A DNA stretch of 64,000 nucleotides from Methylobacterium sp. (GTDB lineage Bacteria > Pseudomonadota > Alphaproteobacteria > Rhizobiales > Beijerinckiaceae), in assembly GCA_020252645.1 (NCBI GenBank), contig JADCCN010000001.1:82099-146098 (forward strand), given 5' to 3'. The translations under genes were made by a program, and so were the position numbers. The notes under the pieces are model-generated. The model was given only the letters and a program-made list of their open reading frames with translations, had not been told where the DNA came from and did not search any database. Of this stretch, positions 49,102 to 59,388 are shown piece after piece; the first letter of the stretch is position 1, and each line of letters begins with the position of its first letter.

Positions 49102-50694
49102 ATGGGCAACCGGCTCTATTACGGCGACAATCTCGAAATCCTGCGCCAGCATATCGCGCATGCGAGTGTCGATCTCATCTATCTCGATCCGCCGTTCAAT
49201 TCGAACGCCACCTACAATGTTCTGTTCAAGGCGCCGGGCGGCGAGTAATCGCAGAGCCAGATCGAGGCTTTCGACGATACCTGGCATTGGGGCGAGCGGG
49301 CCGAGAAGGCCTTCGACGAGGTGATGACCTCCGGCAACACCGATGCCGCCGAGATGCTGCGCGCCATGCGCGGTTTCCTCAAAGAGAACGACATGATGGC
49401 CTATCTCGCCATGATGGCCGTTCGCCTCATCGAACTGCACCGGGTGCTGAAGCCCACGGGCAGCCTCTATCTCCATTGCGACCCCACCGCGAGCCATTAC
49501 CTCAAGATTTTGCTGGATGCGGTATTTGGGAAGGAGGGGTTCGCTAACGAGATTTGCTGGCGAAGAACCACCCCGAAAGGGCTAGCTTTTACGCGTTTCG
49601 CGTCTACATCTGATGCAATTTTATACTATCGAAAATCGAATAAATACGTTTGGAAGACACAATACATGCCATATTCGGTAGAATATTTGGAGCGATACAA
49701 TCTAATTGACGAAAAAACAGGCCGCCGCTTTCAAGCCACTTCACTCCTAAATCCGAACCCCGATCGGCGCAACCTTACCTATGAATTCGGCGGCCACCTT
49801 AAGGTGTGGCGCTGGACGCTAGACAGGATGCTCGAAGCCGAGCGCCAAGGGTTGGTTTGTTTTCCGCCAAATGGTGGAGTTCCAAGGGAAAAGCGCTTCT
49901 TGGATGAACAAGAAGGCGTTCCGGTCTCTTCGGTTTGGATTGATATCCCCGCTATCAATGCTGTTGCCCAAGAACGCCTCGGCTATCCCACCCAAAAGCC
50001 CCTTGCGCTGCTGGAGCGCATTCTCGCCGCCTCTTCGAACGAAGGCGATGTGGTGCTCGACCCGTTCTGCGGCTGCGGCACCACGGTTCATGCCGCCGAG
50101 AAGATGGGTCGACGCTGGATCGGCATCGACATCACCCACCTCGCCATCCGGCTCATCAAGAAACGCCTCGTGGAAGCCTTCCCGCTTGTGCAGTTCGAGG
50201 TGCTGGGCGTGCCGAAGGATGTGGGCGCGGCCGAAGCGCTCGCCGAGGCCGACAAGCACCAGTTCCAGCTCTGGGCCTGCTCCATGGTGGAGGCCGTGCC
50301 CTTCAAGGGCGGGCGCAAGGGGGCCGATGGCGGGGTGGATGGCTACATCTATTTCAAGCCCGACGGAAAAACGAGCGAGAAGGCCGTGGTTTCCGTGAAG
50401 GGCGGAAAGAATGTAGGCGTGGGCATGGTGCGCGATCTCATCGCCACCATCGAGCGCGAGCGCGCCAAGGTGGGCATCATCCTCACCCTTGCCGAGCCCA
50501 CCCGCGAGATGAAGAAGGAAGCCGCCACAGCCGGCCTCTACAAGACCGAGATGCTCGGCGATTTTCCGCGCATCCAGATCCTCACCATGCAGGATCTCTT
50601 CGATGGCGATCGCCCGCGCCTGCCATGGATCGACCCTACGGTGTTCAAGAAGGCGAAACGCGAGAAGACCGAAAAACAGGGTGATTTGTTCTAG
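49102..50694 (+). pseudogene. Beta-class N6-adenine/N4-cytosine DNA methyltransferase fused to a C-terminal Mrr-like PD-(D/E)xK domain, interrupted by an in-frame TAA at codon 49
   Basis: Own translation from ATG 49102: MGNRLYYGDNLEILRQHIAHASVDLIYLDPPFNSNATYNVLFKAPGGE*SQSQIEAFDDTWHWG.... This is the same frame as the 49321..50694 ORF. Motif IV is DPPF, motif X is PTQKP, and motif I is VLDPFCGCGTT. The C-terminus is GADGGVDGYIYF...VVSVKGG. Confidence 0.8.
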
Positions 50695-50796
50695 AGCATG
50701 ATGTGTTCAGACGGAAGCACATCATGCTCTTATCTTATTGTTATCGCATGCGTTTTTGTGAAAAACCGGATTCCACTTTTTCACAGCATGCTCTAG
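50690..50796. repeat. MITE-like palindromic element, copy 3 (full length)
   Basis: tctagagcatgatgtgttcagacggaagcacatcatgctct...tgtgaaaaaccggattccactttttcacagcatgctctag. The methyltransferase TAG stop (50692-50694) lies in its terminus. Confidence 0.85.
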
Positions 50797-50893
50797 TCGC
50801 GCTGTCATTCCCGGCCGAGCGCAGCGAGGAGCGGGAATTCAGTCCTATTCGCAACCGCCCCCTCTCCCGCAAGGGGAGAGGGGAGGGCGCCAC

Positions 50894-51015
50894 CCGTCAT
50901 TGCGAGGAGCCGAAGGCGACGCGGCAATCCACACTTTTTTCAATGGGTTCGGGGCCGGAAGAAGCGGCGAAGGATTGGATTGCCGCGTCGGGCTTTCGCC
51001 CTCCTCGCAATGACC
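50894..51015. repeat. Structured palindromic repeat, copy C (same family as 37848-38358), with no associated ORF
   Basis: The left arm is ccgtcattgcgaggagccgaaggcgacgcggcaatccac. The right arm is tggattgccgcgtcgggctttcgccctcctcgcaatgaccg. Confidence 0.85.
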
Positions 51016-51209
51016 GAGGAGCGTGGTGAGGACGAAGGAGCTTGTTTTTCGGCGGCCCATTCTCTATTCGCCCCCCCCATTCGCCATTCCTTTTCCCCCA
51101 CCCCCGCAACCCTCCGTCAAGCTTACCCAAACCTTTCCTTAACGCCTTCATGGTGAGGTGCAGGTTGAAGGTGCGGGCAGGCGGCTCGTGCCCGTGTTTC
51201 GCGTTGACG

Positions 51210-51244
51210 CCCAAGTTTTCCCATGTTAGCCCAACTCTGCCCAA
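51210..51244. promoter_or_regulatory. Four direct CCCAW pentamers at exact 10-bp phasing (WTGGG on the other strand), candidate MraZ operator in the dcw promoter region
   Basis: The pentamers are cccaa (51210), cccat (51220), cccaa (51230) and cccaa (51240). They lie about 90 nt upstream of the mraZ ATG, and TTGACG is at 51204-51209. Confidence 0.6.
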
Positions 51245-51331
51245 GAACTGATGGCGACGGTTGGCGCGGCGAAGCTGCGCTTCCGGCAACCGAAGTGGCG
51301 TGCGGGCCCGGTTGTGGCGGGGCGTTGGCGG

Positions 51332-51781
51332 ATGGGGCGTTTTCTCTCGACCTTTCAGGGCCGGCTCGATTCCAAGGGCCGGGTATCGCTTCCGGCGGCC
51401 TTCCGGGCCGTGCTGGAAGCGGATGGGCATCCGGGAGTGTTCCTGCATCCAGCGCTCGAGCAACCGGCGATCGAGGCGGGCGGCAATCGGCTGCTCGAGG
51501 AGATCGACGGGTTGATCGGGCGGTTTTCTCCCTATTCGGAAGCGCGGGACCTGATGGCGACCGCGCTGCTGGGGCAGGCGGAGATCGTGAAGCTCGACCC
51601 GGAAGGGCGGCTTACGCTGCCGGAGCGTCTGAAGGCGCATGCGGGGATATCCCAGAGCCTCGTCTTCGTGGGGCTGGGGGAGAAGTTCCGCATCTGGGCG
51701 CCGGAGAAGTTTGCCGTGCATCTCGAGGAGGCAACCTCGAATGTGCGCGCCGTGCGGGCCGGTCTTTCCCGAAACGGGTAG
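51332..51781 (+). CDS. mraZ: Transcriptional regulator MraZ
   Basis: [25 protein letters not shown]...[14 protein letters not shown] carries the duplicated SpoVT/AbrB-like DxxGR motifs. The start was set at the internal ATG. Confidence 0.9.
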   Translation: MGRFLSTFQGRLDSKGRVSLPAAFRAVLEADGHPGVFLHPALEQPAIEAGGNRLLEEIDGLIGRFSPYSEARDLMATALLGQAEIVKLDPEGRLTLPERLKAHAGISQSLVFVGLGEKFRIWAPEKFAVHLEEATSNVRAVRAGLSRNG

Positions 51782-51810
51782 CCGGTGGGGGCACGATCGA
51801 GCCGGGTGAC

Positions 51811-52851
51811 ATGAGCGGGCGCGGCGGGGGCAACCCTGCCGATGGTGGACCCGCCCCTCATGTCCCCGTGCTGCTCGCCGAGGTGCTGGCCGCGCTGAAG
51901 CCGCAGGATGGCGAAACCTATCTCGATGGAACCTTCGGTGCCGGCGGCTATGTGCGCGGCCTTCTGGGCGCCGCCGATTGCAAGGTGATCGCGCTCGACC
52001 GCGACCCCAATGCCATCCGTGACGGGCAGGCGATGGTGGCCGAATTCGCCGGTCGCCTGACGCTCATCGAGAAGCCTTTCTCCGGGATGGAGGAGGCGGT
52101 GGCGGAAATCGGGCTCAAGGGCCTCGACGGCATCGTGCTGGATATCGGCGTCTCCTCGATGCAGCTCGATCAGGCGGAGCGCGGCTTCTCCTTCCGCTTC
52201 GCCGGCCCGCTGGACATGCGGATGGCGGGAGCCGGCGAGAGCGCGGCGGATCTCGTGAACACCCGATCCGAGGCCGAACTGGCGGATATCTTCTACCATT
52301 ACGGCGAGGAGCGGTTGGCGCGTGTCATTGCGCGGGCCATCGTGCATGACCGGAAGGAAAAGCCTTTCGAAACCACCAAAGACCTCGCCGATCTCATCGG
52401 GCGGATCGTGCGATCGAAGCCGGGGGATATCCATCCTGCCACGCGCAGCTTCCAGGCCTTGCGCATCGCGGTGAATGACGAACTCAACGAACTGGCCTGC
52501 GCGCTTCACGCGGCGGAGCGGTTGCTCAAGCCCGGCGGGCGGCTGGTGGTCGTATCGTTCCACAGCCTCGAGGATCGCATCGTGAAGGTGTTCCTGGCCG
52601 CGCGCTCGGGTCGCGGCGGCGGCTCGCGCCACGCTCCGGTGCAGGGTGTGGAAGCGCCGACCTTCCGGCTGGAGACGCGCGGCGCCATCACCGCGACCAG
52701 CGAGGAATGCCGCGCCAACCCGCGCGCGCGTTCGGCGAAACTGCGCGCGGGCATCCGCACGGATGCGCCGGCGCTTCGGGTGGAAGCGCAGGTGATCGAG
52801 CTTGCCCGCCTGCCCGAACAGCCGGTCCGCAAGGGGGGCAGGCGCCGATGA
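51811..52851 (+). CDS. rsmH: 16S rRNA (cytosine1402-N4)-methyltransferase
   Basis: [36 protein letters not shown]...[10 protein letters not shown]...[11 protein letters not shown]. The start was set at ATG 51811. Confidence 0.95.
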   Translation: MSGRGGGNPADGGPAPHVPVLLAEVLAALKPQDGETYLDGTFGAGGYVRGLLGAADCKVIALDRDPNAIRDGQAMVAEFAGRLTLIEKPFSGMEEAVAEIGLKGLDGIVLDIGVSSMQLDQAERGFSFRFAGPLDMRMAGAGESAADLVNTRSEAELADIFYHYGEERLARVIARAIVHDRKEKPFETTKDLADLIGRIVRSKPGDIHPATRSFQALRIAVNDELNELACALHAAERLLKPGGRLVVVSFHSLEDRIVKVFLAARSGRGGGSRHAPVQGVEAPTFRLETRGAITATSEECRANPRARSAKLRAGIRTDAPALRVEAQVIELARLPEQPVRKGGRRR

Positions 52852-53423
52852 TGCGGACCTTCAACATCCTGGCCATCGCGACGCTGATCGGCTCGGCCAC
52901 CACCGCCTATTCGGTGAAATACGAGACCATTCTCATGGCGGAGAAGCTCAAGAAACGGCAGACCGAATTGCAGCGCGAGAAGGATGCGATCGCGGTCCTC
53001 AAGGCGGAATGGCAGATCCTGAACCGGCCGACCCGGCTTCAGGCGCTGGCACCTCCCGAAGCGGGCATGCAGCAGCTTTCCGCCCGGCAGATCCTGCGCG
53101 CCGGCGAAGTGCCGCAGCGCGGGGCGGAGGTCGATCCGCTCGAGAGCATGCTCACCGGCTCGGTCAATGCGAAGCCGGCCACAACGCCGGTGAAGACGCA
53201 AGGCCGGCCGGCGACCACGCCTTCGACCGTGAGCCGGCCCGGTGCGCCTCGCCCGGCGACCACGCCGCAGAGGAGCGTCCAGGCGCCTCAGCGCCCGGCC
53301 TCGGGGGCACCCTTGGCCTTGCGGCCGCCTGCGCCGCCGGAAAGCACCCGCGCAAACCTGCCGCGCGCCGAAGCTCTCGCGGCCCCGGTGCCGCGTCGAA
53401 ACGTCACGCCAACACCACGCTGA
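52848..53423 (+). CDS. ftsL: Cell division protein FtsL-like (alphaproteobacterial type, Pro/Thr-rich tail)
   Basis: It has the single TM segment [21 protein letters not shown] followed by the coiled coil ...[29 protein letters not shown]. It sits between rsmH and ftsI with an ATGA overlap with rsmH. Confidence 0.8.
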   Translation: MMRTFNILAIATLIGSATTAYSVKYETILMAEKLKKRQTELQREKDAIAVLKAEWQILNRPTRLQALAPPEAGMQQLSARQILRAGEVPQRGAEVDPLESMLTGSVNAKPATTPVKTQGRPATTPSTVSRPGAPRPATTPQRSVQAPQRPASGAPLALRPPAPPESTRANLPRAEALAAPVPRRNVTPTPR

Positions 53424-53442
53424 GAGGGGTAGCGAACACGTC

Positions 53443-55260
53443 ATGCGTCTGGCCTTTCCCCTTCCCAGGCTGAAGCTCCCGCGCCTTGCGCTGTCACGCC
53501 CGAGGCTGCCGCGTTTTCGCGGGCGCATGGCCATGGCGGATTCAGGACCGGAAAGGCCGCGTCTGGGGTTGATCCGCAGTCTTTTCACCCTGCGCGGCGA
53601 GAAGCTGCCGGCGCGCCTTATTCTCGCGGCCCTGGCTTTCGGCGGGCTCTATCTCGCGCTGGCCGCGCGCATCGTGCATCTGCAGGTGAAGACCGACGAA
53701 CCGGCCACCGCGAGCCGCATGGCCGGCTCCTCCATCATGACCGCGCGACCGCAGATCGTGGATCGCAACGGCTTCGTGATGGCAACGGATGTGAAGACGG
53801 TGTCGGTCTATGCCGATCCGCGCAAGGTGATCGACAAGGATGAGGCGGCCGAACTGCTCAACGCCGTCTTTCCCGAACTCGATGGGAATGAACTGCGTGA
53901 CAAGCTTTCGCGCCGGAATGCCTTCGTCTGGATCAAGCGCGAGATCACGCCCAGGCAGCAGCAGGATGTGCATCGCCTTGGCATTCCGGGCATTGGCTTC
54001 CTGCCCGAGAACAAGCGCGTCTATCCGGCTGTCCAGGTCGGCGCGCATGTGATCGGCGCGGCCAATATCGACAATCAGGGCATTGCCGGGATCGAGAAAT
54101 ACATCGATGGGCAGGGCCTGAATGATCTGCGCGGCGTGGGGCTCGGGCGCAATGCGGCGGATCTGAAACCTGTCGAACTGGCGCTCGATGTGCGTGTCAC
54201 CCATGCCGTGCGCGAGGAGCTTCGCGCCGCGGTGCAGAAGTTCAGGGCCGATGCCGGCGCGGCGCTGGTGCTCGATGTTGATACGGGCGAGATCATCACG
54301 CATGTCAGCCTGCCGGATTTCGACCCGAACAGCCCGGCCGAAGCGCTGAAGCCCGAGCATGTGAACCGCCTGCAGGTGGGACGCTACGAGATGGGCTCGA
54401 CCTTCAAGGCGCTGACGACCGCCATGGCGCTCGATTCCGGCAAGGTGAAGCTCACGAGCGTCTTCGATGCGAGCCAGCCCCTGCGCTATGGCCGCTTCCG
54501 CATCGGTGATTACAAGGGCAAGAACCGACCGCTCTCCGTGCCGGAGATCTTCATTTTCTCGTCCAATATCGGCACGGCGCGCATGGCGCTCGCGGTCGGT
54601 GTGGAGGGCCACAAGGCGTTCCTGAAGAAGATGGGGCAGCTCGACCGGCCGCGCACCGAACTCGCCGAGGGGCTTGATCCGCTGGTGCCCGCGCGCTGGG
54701 GTGAACTCAACACCATGACGATCTCGTTCGGCCACGGCCTCGCCGTCGCCCCGCTCACGGCGGCGATTGCCACGGCAGCGCTGGTGAATGGCGGCCGGTT
54801 CATTCCCGCAACCTATCTCAAGCGGACGCCGGAAGAGGCCGCGAAGCTCGCGACACAAGTCATCAAGCCCGAAACGAGCCAGATGATGCGCTATGTGATG
54901 CGCCTCAATGCCGAGAAGGGTTCCGCCTCGCGTGCGGACATTCCCGGCTACTATGTGGGCGGCAAGACGGGCACCTCGGAAAAGGTGGTGCGCGGACGCT
55001 ATTCCAAGAACAAGGTGCTCACCACCTTCATGGCCGTGATGCCTTCCGACAAGCCGCGATACCTCGTGATGACGATGCTCGACGAGCCGAAGGGCTTGCC
55101 CGAGACGCATGGCTATGCCACCTCCGGCTGGAATGCGGCGCCGACCACCGGGCGGATCATCGAGCGCATCGGTCCGATGCTCGACATCGAGCCGCGTTTC
55201 GAGCTGCCGCAGTCGCCGTTCCCGCATGTCGCGCGGCTGGGCGTGGCGCAGGTCCGTTGA
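53443..55260 (+). CDS. ftsI: Peptidoglycan D,D-transpeptidase FtsI (PBP3)
   Basis: It has a PBP dimerisation domain plus a transpeptidase domain with STFK (GSTFKALT), SSN and KTGT motifs. The start is uncertain (53443 or the downstream MAMADSG). Confidence 0.93.
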   Translation: MRLAFPLPRLKLPRLALSRPRLPRFRGRMAMADSGPERPRLGLIRSLFTLRGEKLPARLILAALAFGGLYLALAARIVHLQVKTDEPATASRMAGSSIMTARPQIVDRNGFVMATDVKTVSVYADPRKVIDKDEAAELLNAVFPELDGNELRDKLSRRNAFVWIKREITPRQQQDVHRLGIPGIGFLPENKRVYPAVQVGAHVIGAANIDNQGIAGIEKYIDGQGLNDLRGVGLGRNAADLKPVELALDVRVTHAVREELRAAVQKFRADAGAALVLDVDTGEIITHVSLPDFDPNSPAEALKPEHVNRLQVGRYEMGSTFKALTTAMALDSGKVKLTSVFDASQPLRYGRFRIGDYKGKNRPLSVPEIFIFSSNIGTARMALAVGVEGHKAFLKKMGQLDRPRTELAEGLDPLVPARWGELNTMTISFGHGLAVAPLTAAIATAALVNGGRFIPATYLKRTPEEAAKLATQVIKPETSQMMRYVMRLNAEKGSASRADIPGYYVGGKTGTSEKVVRGRYSKNKVLTTFMAVMPSDKPRYLVMTMLDEPKGLPETHGYATSGWNAAPTTGRIIERIGPMLDIEPRFELPQSPFPHVARLGVAQVR

Positions 55261-55285
55261 AGCGTTTTCAGGACGAGGGGCGAAC

Positions 55286-56764
55286 ATGGCGAACGCGGAG
55301 GCGGGGGAACCGACGATCGGCGGCCTCGCACGGGCCCTGGGCCAGGATGCGCAGGACCATGATGCCGTGCCGCTGCTGGGGGTTGTCGCCGATAGCCGCA
55401 AGGTAAGGCCCGGCTACGCCTTCTTCGCCATTCCCGGCAACAAGGCTGATGGCGCGGCCTTCATGCCTGCCGCCGCGGAAGCGGGCGCGACGGTGATCGT
55501 CAGCGAAATTCCCCGCCCGGCCGATCTTACGTTCACCGCCCATTACCTTCGCGTGAAGAATGCCCGGAAGGCGCTCTCCGTGGCGGCGCGCTACATGCAT
55601 CCGCGCCAGCCGGAAACCGTGGTGGCGGTAACCGGCACCGCGGGCAAGACGTCGGTTGCCGAATTCACCCGGCAGATCTTCGCGCATCTCGATCACCAGG
55701 CGGGAAGCCTCGGCACGCTCGGTTTCATTGGCCCCGATGGCCCGGAATATGGCGCGCTGACGACGCCGGATCCGGTGACGCTGCATGCCCGGCTCGACGC
55801 GATGGCCAAGGCCGGCGTGACGCATCTTGCGATGGAAGCCTCCAGCCATGGTCTCGATCAATTCCGGCTCGACGGCGTCAGGTTGAAGGCCGCGGCCTTC
55901 ACCAATCTCGGCCGTGATCACCTCGATTATCACCCGGACATCGAGCACTACTTCGCCGCCAAGCTGCGGCTCTTTCAGGAATTGCTGCCGAAAGGCGCGC
56001 CGGCCATCGTCAATCTCGATGGCGATCGCGGTGCCGAGGCTGCGGTCGCGGCCGGTTTCGCCGGTCGTTCGGTTTTCACGGTGGGCAGGCGCGGGGCGGA
56101 TATCCGGCTCGACAAGGTTGAACGCTCGGGTTTCGGGCAGGATCTGGAACTCACCCATCAGGGCAGGAGCCATGCGGTGCATCTGCCGCTGATCGGCGGG
56201 TTTCAGGTGCAGAACGCGCTGGTTGCCGCCGGTCTTGCGTTGGTTCTGGGAGAGAAACCCGAGGCCGTGTTTGCAGCGCTCGAACACCTCATGGGGGTGC
56301 CGGGACGGCTTGAGAAGGTGGGCGAGCGCAATGGCGCGCCGGTCTTCGTGGATTACGCCCACAAGCCCGAGGCGCTCGAACATGCGCTCCATGCGCTTCG
56401 CCCGGCCGTGCGAGGCAAGCTGATCGTGATCTTCGGCTGCGGGGGCGACCGTGACCCCGGCAAGCGGCCGATCATGGGGGCGATTGCGAGCCACCGGGCC
56501 GATCTGGTGATTGTCACGGATGACAATCCGCGCACGGAAAACCCTGCCGCCATCCGGCAGGCGGTGCTGGCCGGCATGCCGGATGGAATCGAGATCGGCG
56601 ATCGCGCCCAGGCCATCCGCGATGGCATCCGCTACCTTGCCGAAGGCGATGCGCTGCTGATTGCAGGCAAGGGCCATGAAACCGGCCAGATTATCGGCTC
56701 GGAGGTTTTGCCCTTCTCCGATCACGAGGTCGCGCGGGGCGTGATCGAGGAGCTTTCGCGATGA
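55286..56764 (+). CDS. murE: UDP-N-acetylmuramoyl-L-alanyl-D-glutamate--2,6-diaminopimelate ligase
   Basis: It has the Mur ligase P-loop VTGTAGKTS and DNPR (DDNPRTE), the meso-DAP specificity motif. Confidence 0.95.
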   Translation: MANAEAGEPTIGGLARALGQDAQDHDAVPLLGVVADSRKVRPGYAFFAIPGNKADGAAFMPAAAEAGATVIVSEIPRPADLTFTAHYLRVKNARKALSVAARYMHPRQPETVVAVTGTAGKTSVAEFTRQIFAHLDHQAGSLGTLGFIGPDGPEYGALTTPDPVTLHARLDAMAKAGVTHLAMEASSHGLDQFRLDGVRLKAAAFTNLGRDHLDYHPDIEHYFAAKLRLFQELLPKGAPAIVNLDGDRGAEAAVAAGFAGRSVFTVGRRGADIRLDKVERSGFGQDLELTHQGRSHAVHLPLIGGFQVQNALVAAGLALVLGEKPEAVFAALEHLMGVPGRLEKVGERNGAPVFVDYAHKPEALEHALHALRPAVRGKLIVIFGCGGDRDPGKRPIMGAIASHRADLVIVTDDNPRTENPAAIRQAVLAGMPDGIEIGDRAQAIRDGIRYLAEGDALLIAGKGHETGQIIGSEVLPFSDHEVARGVIEELSR

Positions 56765-58218
56765 ACGGGTTGGGTCTCGCTCTCTGGCGGGCGGATGAGC
56801 TCGCGGCCGTGCTGGGCGGGGAGGCGCGCGGGCCGGTCGGCGACGTCACGTCCGTTTCGATCGATACGCGCAAGCTGGAACAGGATGCCCTGTTCTTCGC
56901 CATCAGGGGCGAGGTGCGGGACGGGCATGATTTCGTGCAGGCCGCGCTGGAAAAGGGCGCCGCCGCCGCCGTGGTGGATCGCGCCCATGCAGATGCCTTC
57001 GGTGCAGATGCTTTCGATGCCGATGCCCGGCTGATCGTGGTCGATGATGTGCTCGCGAGCCTCGAGCGCATGGGCCGGCATCGCCGGGCCGAGATGACGG
57101 GCCCGGTGATCGCTGTCACCGGTTCGGTGGGCAAGACCTCCACGAAAGAGATGCTGCGCACCGTGTTTTCGCGGCAGGGTGCGACCCATGCCTCGGTTGC
57201 CTCCTACAACAACCACTGGGGCGTGCCGCTCACCTTGTCGCGCATGCCGCGCGCAAGCGCCTATGGCGTGTTCGAGATCGGCATGTCGAATCCGTTCGAG
57301 ATCCTGCCGCTCACATCCATGGTGCGCCCGGAAGTGGCGATCATCACCACGGTCGAGCCCGTGCACCTTGCGCAGTTCCGCTCGATCCATGGCATCGCGG
57401 ATGCGAAGGGCGAGATCTTTGCCGGCCTCGAACCTGGCGGCGTTGCGATCATCAATGCGGACAACCCGCATGTGGCGCGCCTCGCCGCCCATGCCGGCGC
57501 AAGCCGGGCCGGGCGCATCATCCGCTTCGGTTCGGGCGAGGGGGCCGATGTTCGCCTTACCCATATCCATCTCGATCCGGATTTTTCCGCCGTCTCGGCC
57601 GAGGTGTTCGGCATGCCGGTGACCTATCGGCTTGGCGCGCCGGGCCGACATCTCGCGATGAACTCGCTTGCCGTGCTCGCCGCCGTGCACGCGACGGGAG
57701 CCGACCTCGCGCTCGCGGCTCTGTCGCTGCAGGATTTCACCACGGTCGAGGGGCGGGGAAGGCGTGTCTCGCTCGAGACAGGGGCGGGAACCTTCACGCT
57801 GATCGACGAAAGCTACAACGCGAACCCCTCCTCGATGCGTGCGGCGCTCGCGGTCGCCGGCTCCATGCCGCGCGGGCTTCGCGGCCGGCGCATCGCGGTG
57901 ATGGGCGACATGCTGGAACTGGGCCCGGAAGGAGCGAACCTGCATGCCGGCCTCTCGGAAGCGGTGATCGCGCAGGATATCGACCTTGTTTTCGCCTGTG
58001 GGCCATTGATGAAGAGCCTCTGGCTGGCCTTGCCAGCCGAGCGTCGCGGCGCCTATGCGGAGAATTCCGAAGCGCTCGAACCGGCGGTGCTCGCGAGCCT
58101 CATGCCGGGTGACGTGGTGATGGTGAAGGGCTCGCTCGGGAGCCGCATGGGCCGCATCGTCACGGCGATCAAGGATCGCCATCCGGCGAAGCCGATGGCC
58201 GAGGCCGAAGAGGGCTGA
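56761..58218 (+). CDS. murF: UDP-N-acetylmuramoyl-tripeptide--D-alanyl-D-alanine ligase
   Basis: It has the motif [13 protein letters not shown] and the expected position after murE (4-nt overlap). Confidence 0.95.
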   Translation: MNGLGLALWRADELAAVLGGEARGPVGDVTSVSIDTRKLEQDALFFAIRGEVRDGHDFVQAALEKGAAAAVVDRAHADAFGADAFDADARLIVVDDVLASLERMGRHRRAEMTGPVIAVTGSVGKTSTKEMLRTVFSRQGATHASVASYNNHWGVPLTLSRMPRASAYGVFEIGMSNPFEILPLTSMVRPEVAIITTVEPVHLAQFRSIHGIADAKGEIFAGLEPGGVAIINADNPHVARLAAHAGASRAGRIIRFGSGEGADVRLTHIHLDPDFSAVSAEVFGMPVTYRLGAPGRHLAMNSLAVLAAVHATGADLALAALSLQDFTTVEGRGRRVSLETGAGTFTLIDESYNANPSSMRAALAVAGSMPRGLRGRRIAVMGDMLELGPEGANLHAGLSEAVIAQDIDLVFACGPLMKSLWLALPAERRGAYAENSEALEPAVLASLMPGDVVMVKGSLGSRMGRIVTAIKDRHPAKPMAEAEEG

Positions 58219-58234
58219 GAGGGGAAGCAAGGGA

Positions 58235-59317
58235 ATGTTGTTCTGGCTTTCGGAGTTCAGCGCCAGCTTCAATGTGCTGAACGTGTTCCGCTACCTCACC
58301 TTCCGCGCGGGCGCGGCCACGGTGACGGCCCTGTTCTTCGTGCTGTTCTTCGGACCGGCGATCATCAACATGCTGCGCCTGAAGCAGGGCAAGGGCCAGC
58401 CGATCCGCGAGGACGGGCCGGAAACGCACCTTTTGAAGCGCGGCACACCGACCATGGGCGGGCTGATGATCCTCGCGGGCTTCCTGTTCTCGACGCTTCT
58501 GTGGACGAACCTCGCCAACCCTTACGTCTGGTGCGTGCTGGGCGTGACCCTCGGCTTCGGGCTGATCGGCTTTTATGACGATTACCTCAAGGTGACGAAG
58601 CAATCCCACAAGGGCTTCTCCGGCCGTTCGCGCCTCGCGCTCGAGGCGATGATCGCAGGCACCGCCTGCTATGTCATGAGCCTCTATTTCCCCGCGGCTT
58701 TGGCCACGAAGCTGGCGATCCCGATCTTCAAGGATGTGCTGATCGACCTCGGCATGTTCTTCATCGTCTTCGGCATGGTGGTGATCATCGGGGCGGGCAA
58801 TGCCGTGAACCTCACCGACGGGCTCGATGGGCTTGCCATCGTGCCGGTGATGATCGCGGCCGCGACTTTCGGCTTCATCGCCTATCTTGCCGGCAACGCG
58901 ATCTTCGCAAATTACCTGCAGATCCATTTCGTGCCGGGGGTGGGTGAGCTTTCCGTGCTGCTCGGCGCGGTGATTGGCGCCGGATTGGGCTTTCTCTGGT
59001 TCAATGCGCCGCCGGCGCAGGTCTTCATGGGCGATACGGGCAGCCTCGCGCTCGGCGGGCTTCTCGGTTCGGTCGCGGTGGCGACGAAGCACGAGATCGT
59101 CTTCGCGATTGTCGGCGGCCTCTTCGTGCTCGAGGCGATGAGCGTGATCATTCAGGTGGCCTCGTTCAAGCTCACGGGCAAACGCGTCTTTCGCATGGCG
59201 CCCATCCACCACCATTACGAGAAGAAGGGCTGGAAGGAGCCGCAGGTCGTCATCCGCTTCTGGATCATCGCGGTGGTGCTGGCGCTGCTCGGCCTGGCGA
59301 CATTGAAGCTGCGCTGA
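58235..59317 (+). CDS. mraY: Phospho-N-acetylmuramoyl-pentapeptide transferase
   Basis: MLFWLSEF...[27 protein letters not shown]...[13 protein letters not shown] is canonical MraY. Confidence 0.97.
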   Translation: MLFWLSEFSASFNVLNVFRYLTFRAGAATVTALFFVLFFGPAIINMLRLKQGKGQPIREDGPETHLLKRGTPTMGGLMILAGFLFSTLLWTNLANPYVWCVLGVTLGFGLIGFYDDYLKVTKQSHKGFSGRSRLALEAMIAGTACYVMSLYFPAALATKLAIPIFKDVLIDLGMFFIVFGMVVIIGAGNAVNLTDGLDGLAIVPVMIAAATFGFIAYLAGNAIFANYLQIHFVPGVGELSVLLGAVIGAGLGFLWFNAPPAQVFMGDTGSLALGGLLGSVAVATKHEIVFAIVGGLFVLEAMSVIIQVASFKLTGKRVFRMAPIHHHYEKKGWKEPQVVIRFWIIAVVLALLGLATLKLR

Positions 59318-59388
59318 TCGCTTGATCGGGATCGTGGCGATTTCCTGCGCCATTCGCTAAGTCTTGCCCGGACAGAACGGAGAGACGC

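Noticed and set aside
51061-51110. C8 homopolymer (51071-51078) and a C-rich tract upstream of mraZ as a possible phase-variation site
   Set aside because: It is intergenic and more than 120 nt from the putative promoter boxes, and there is no evidence of length variation. It is probably part of the degenerate repeat debris that fills 50797-51200.
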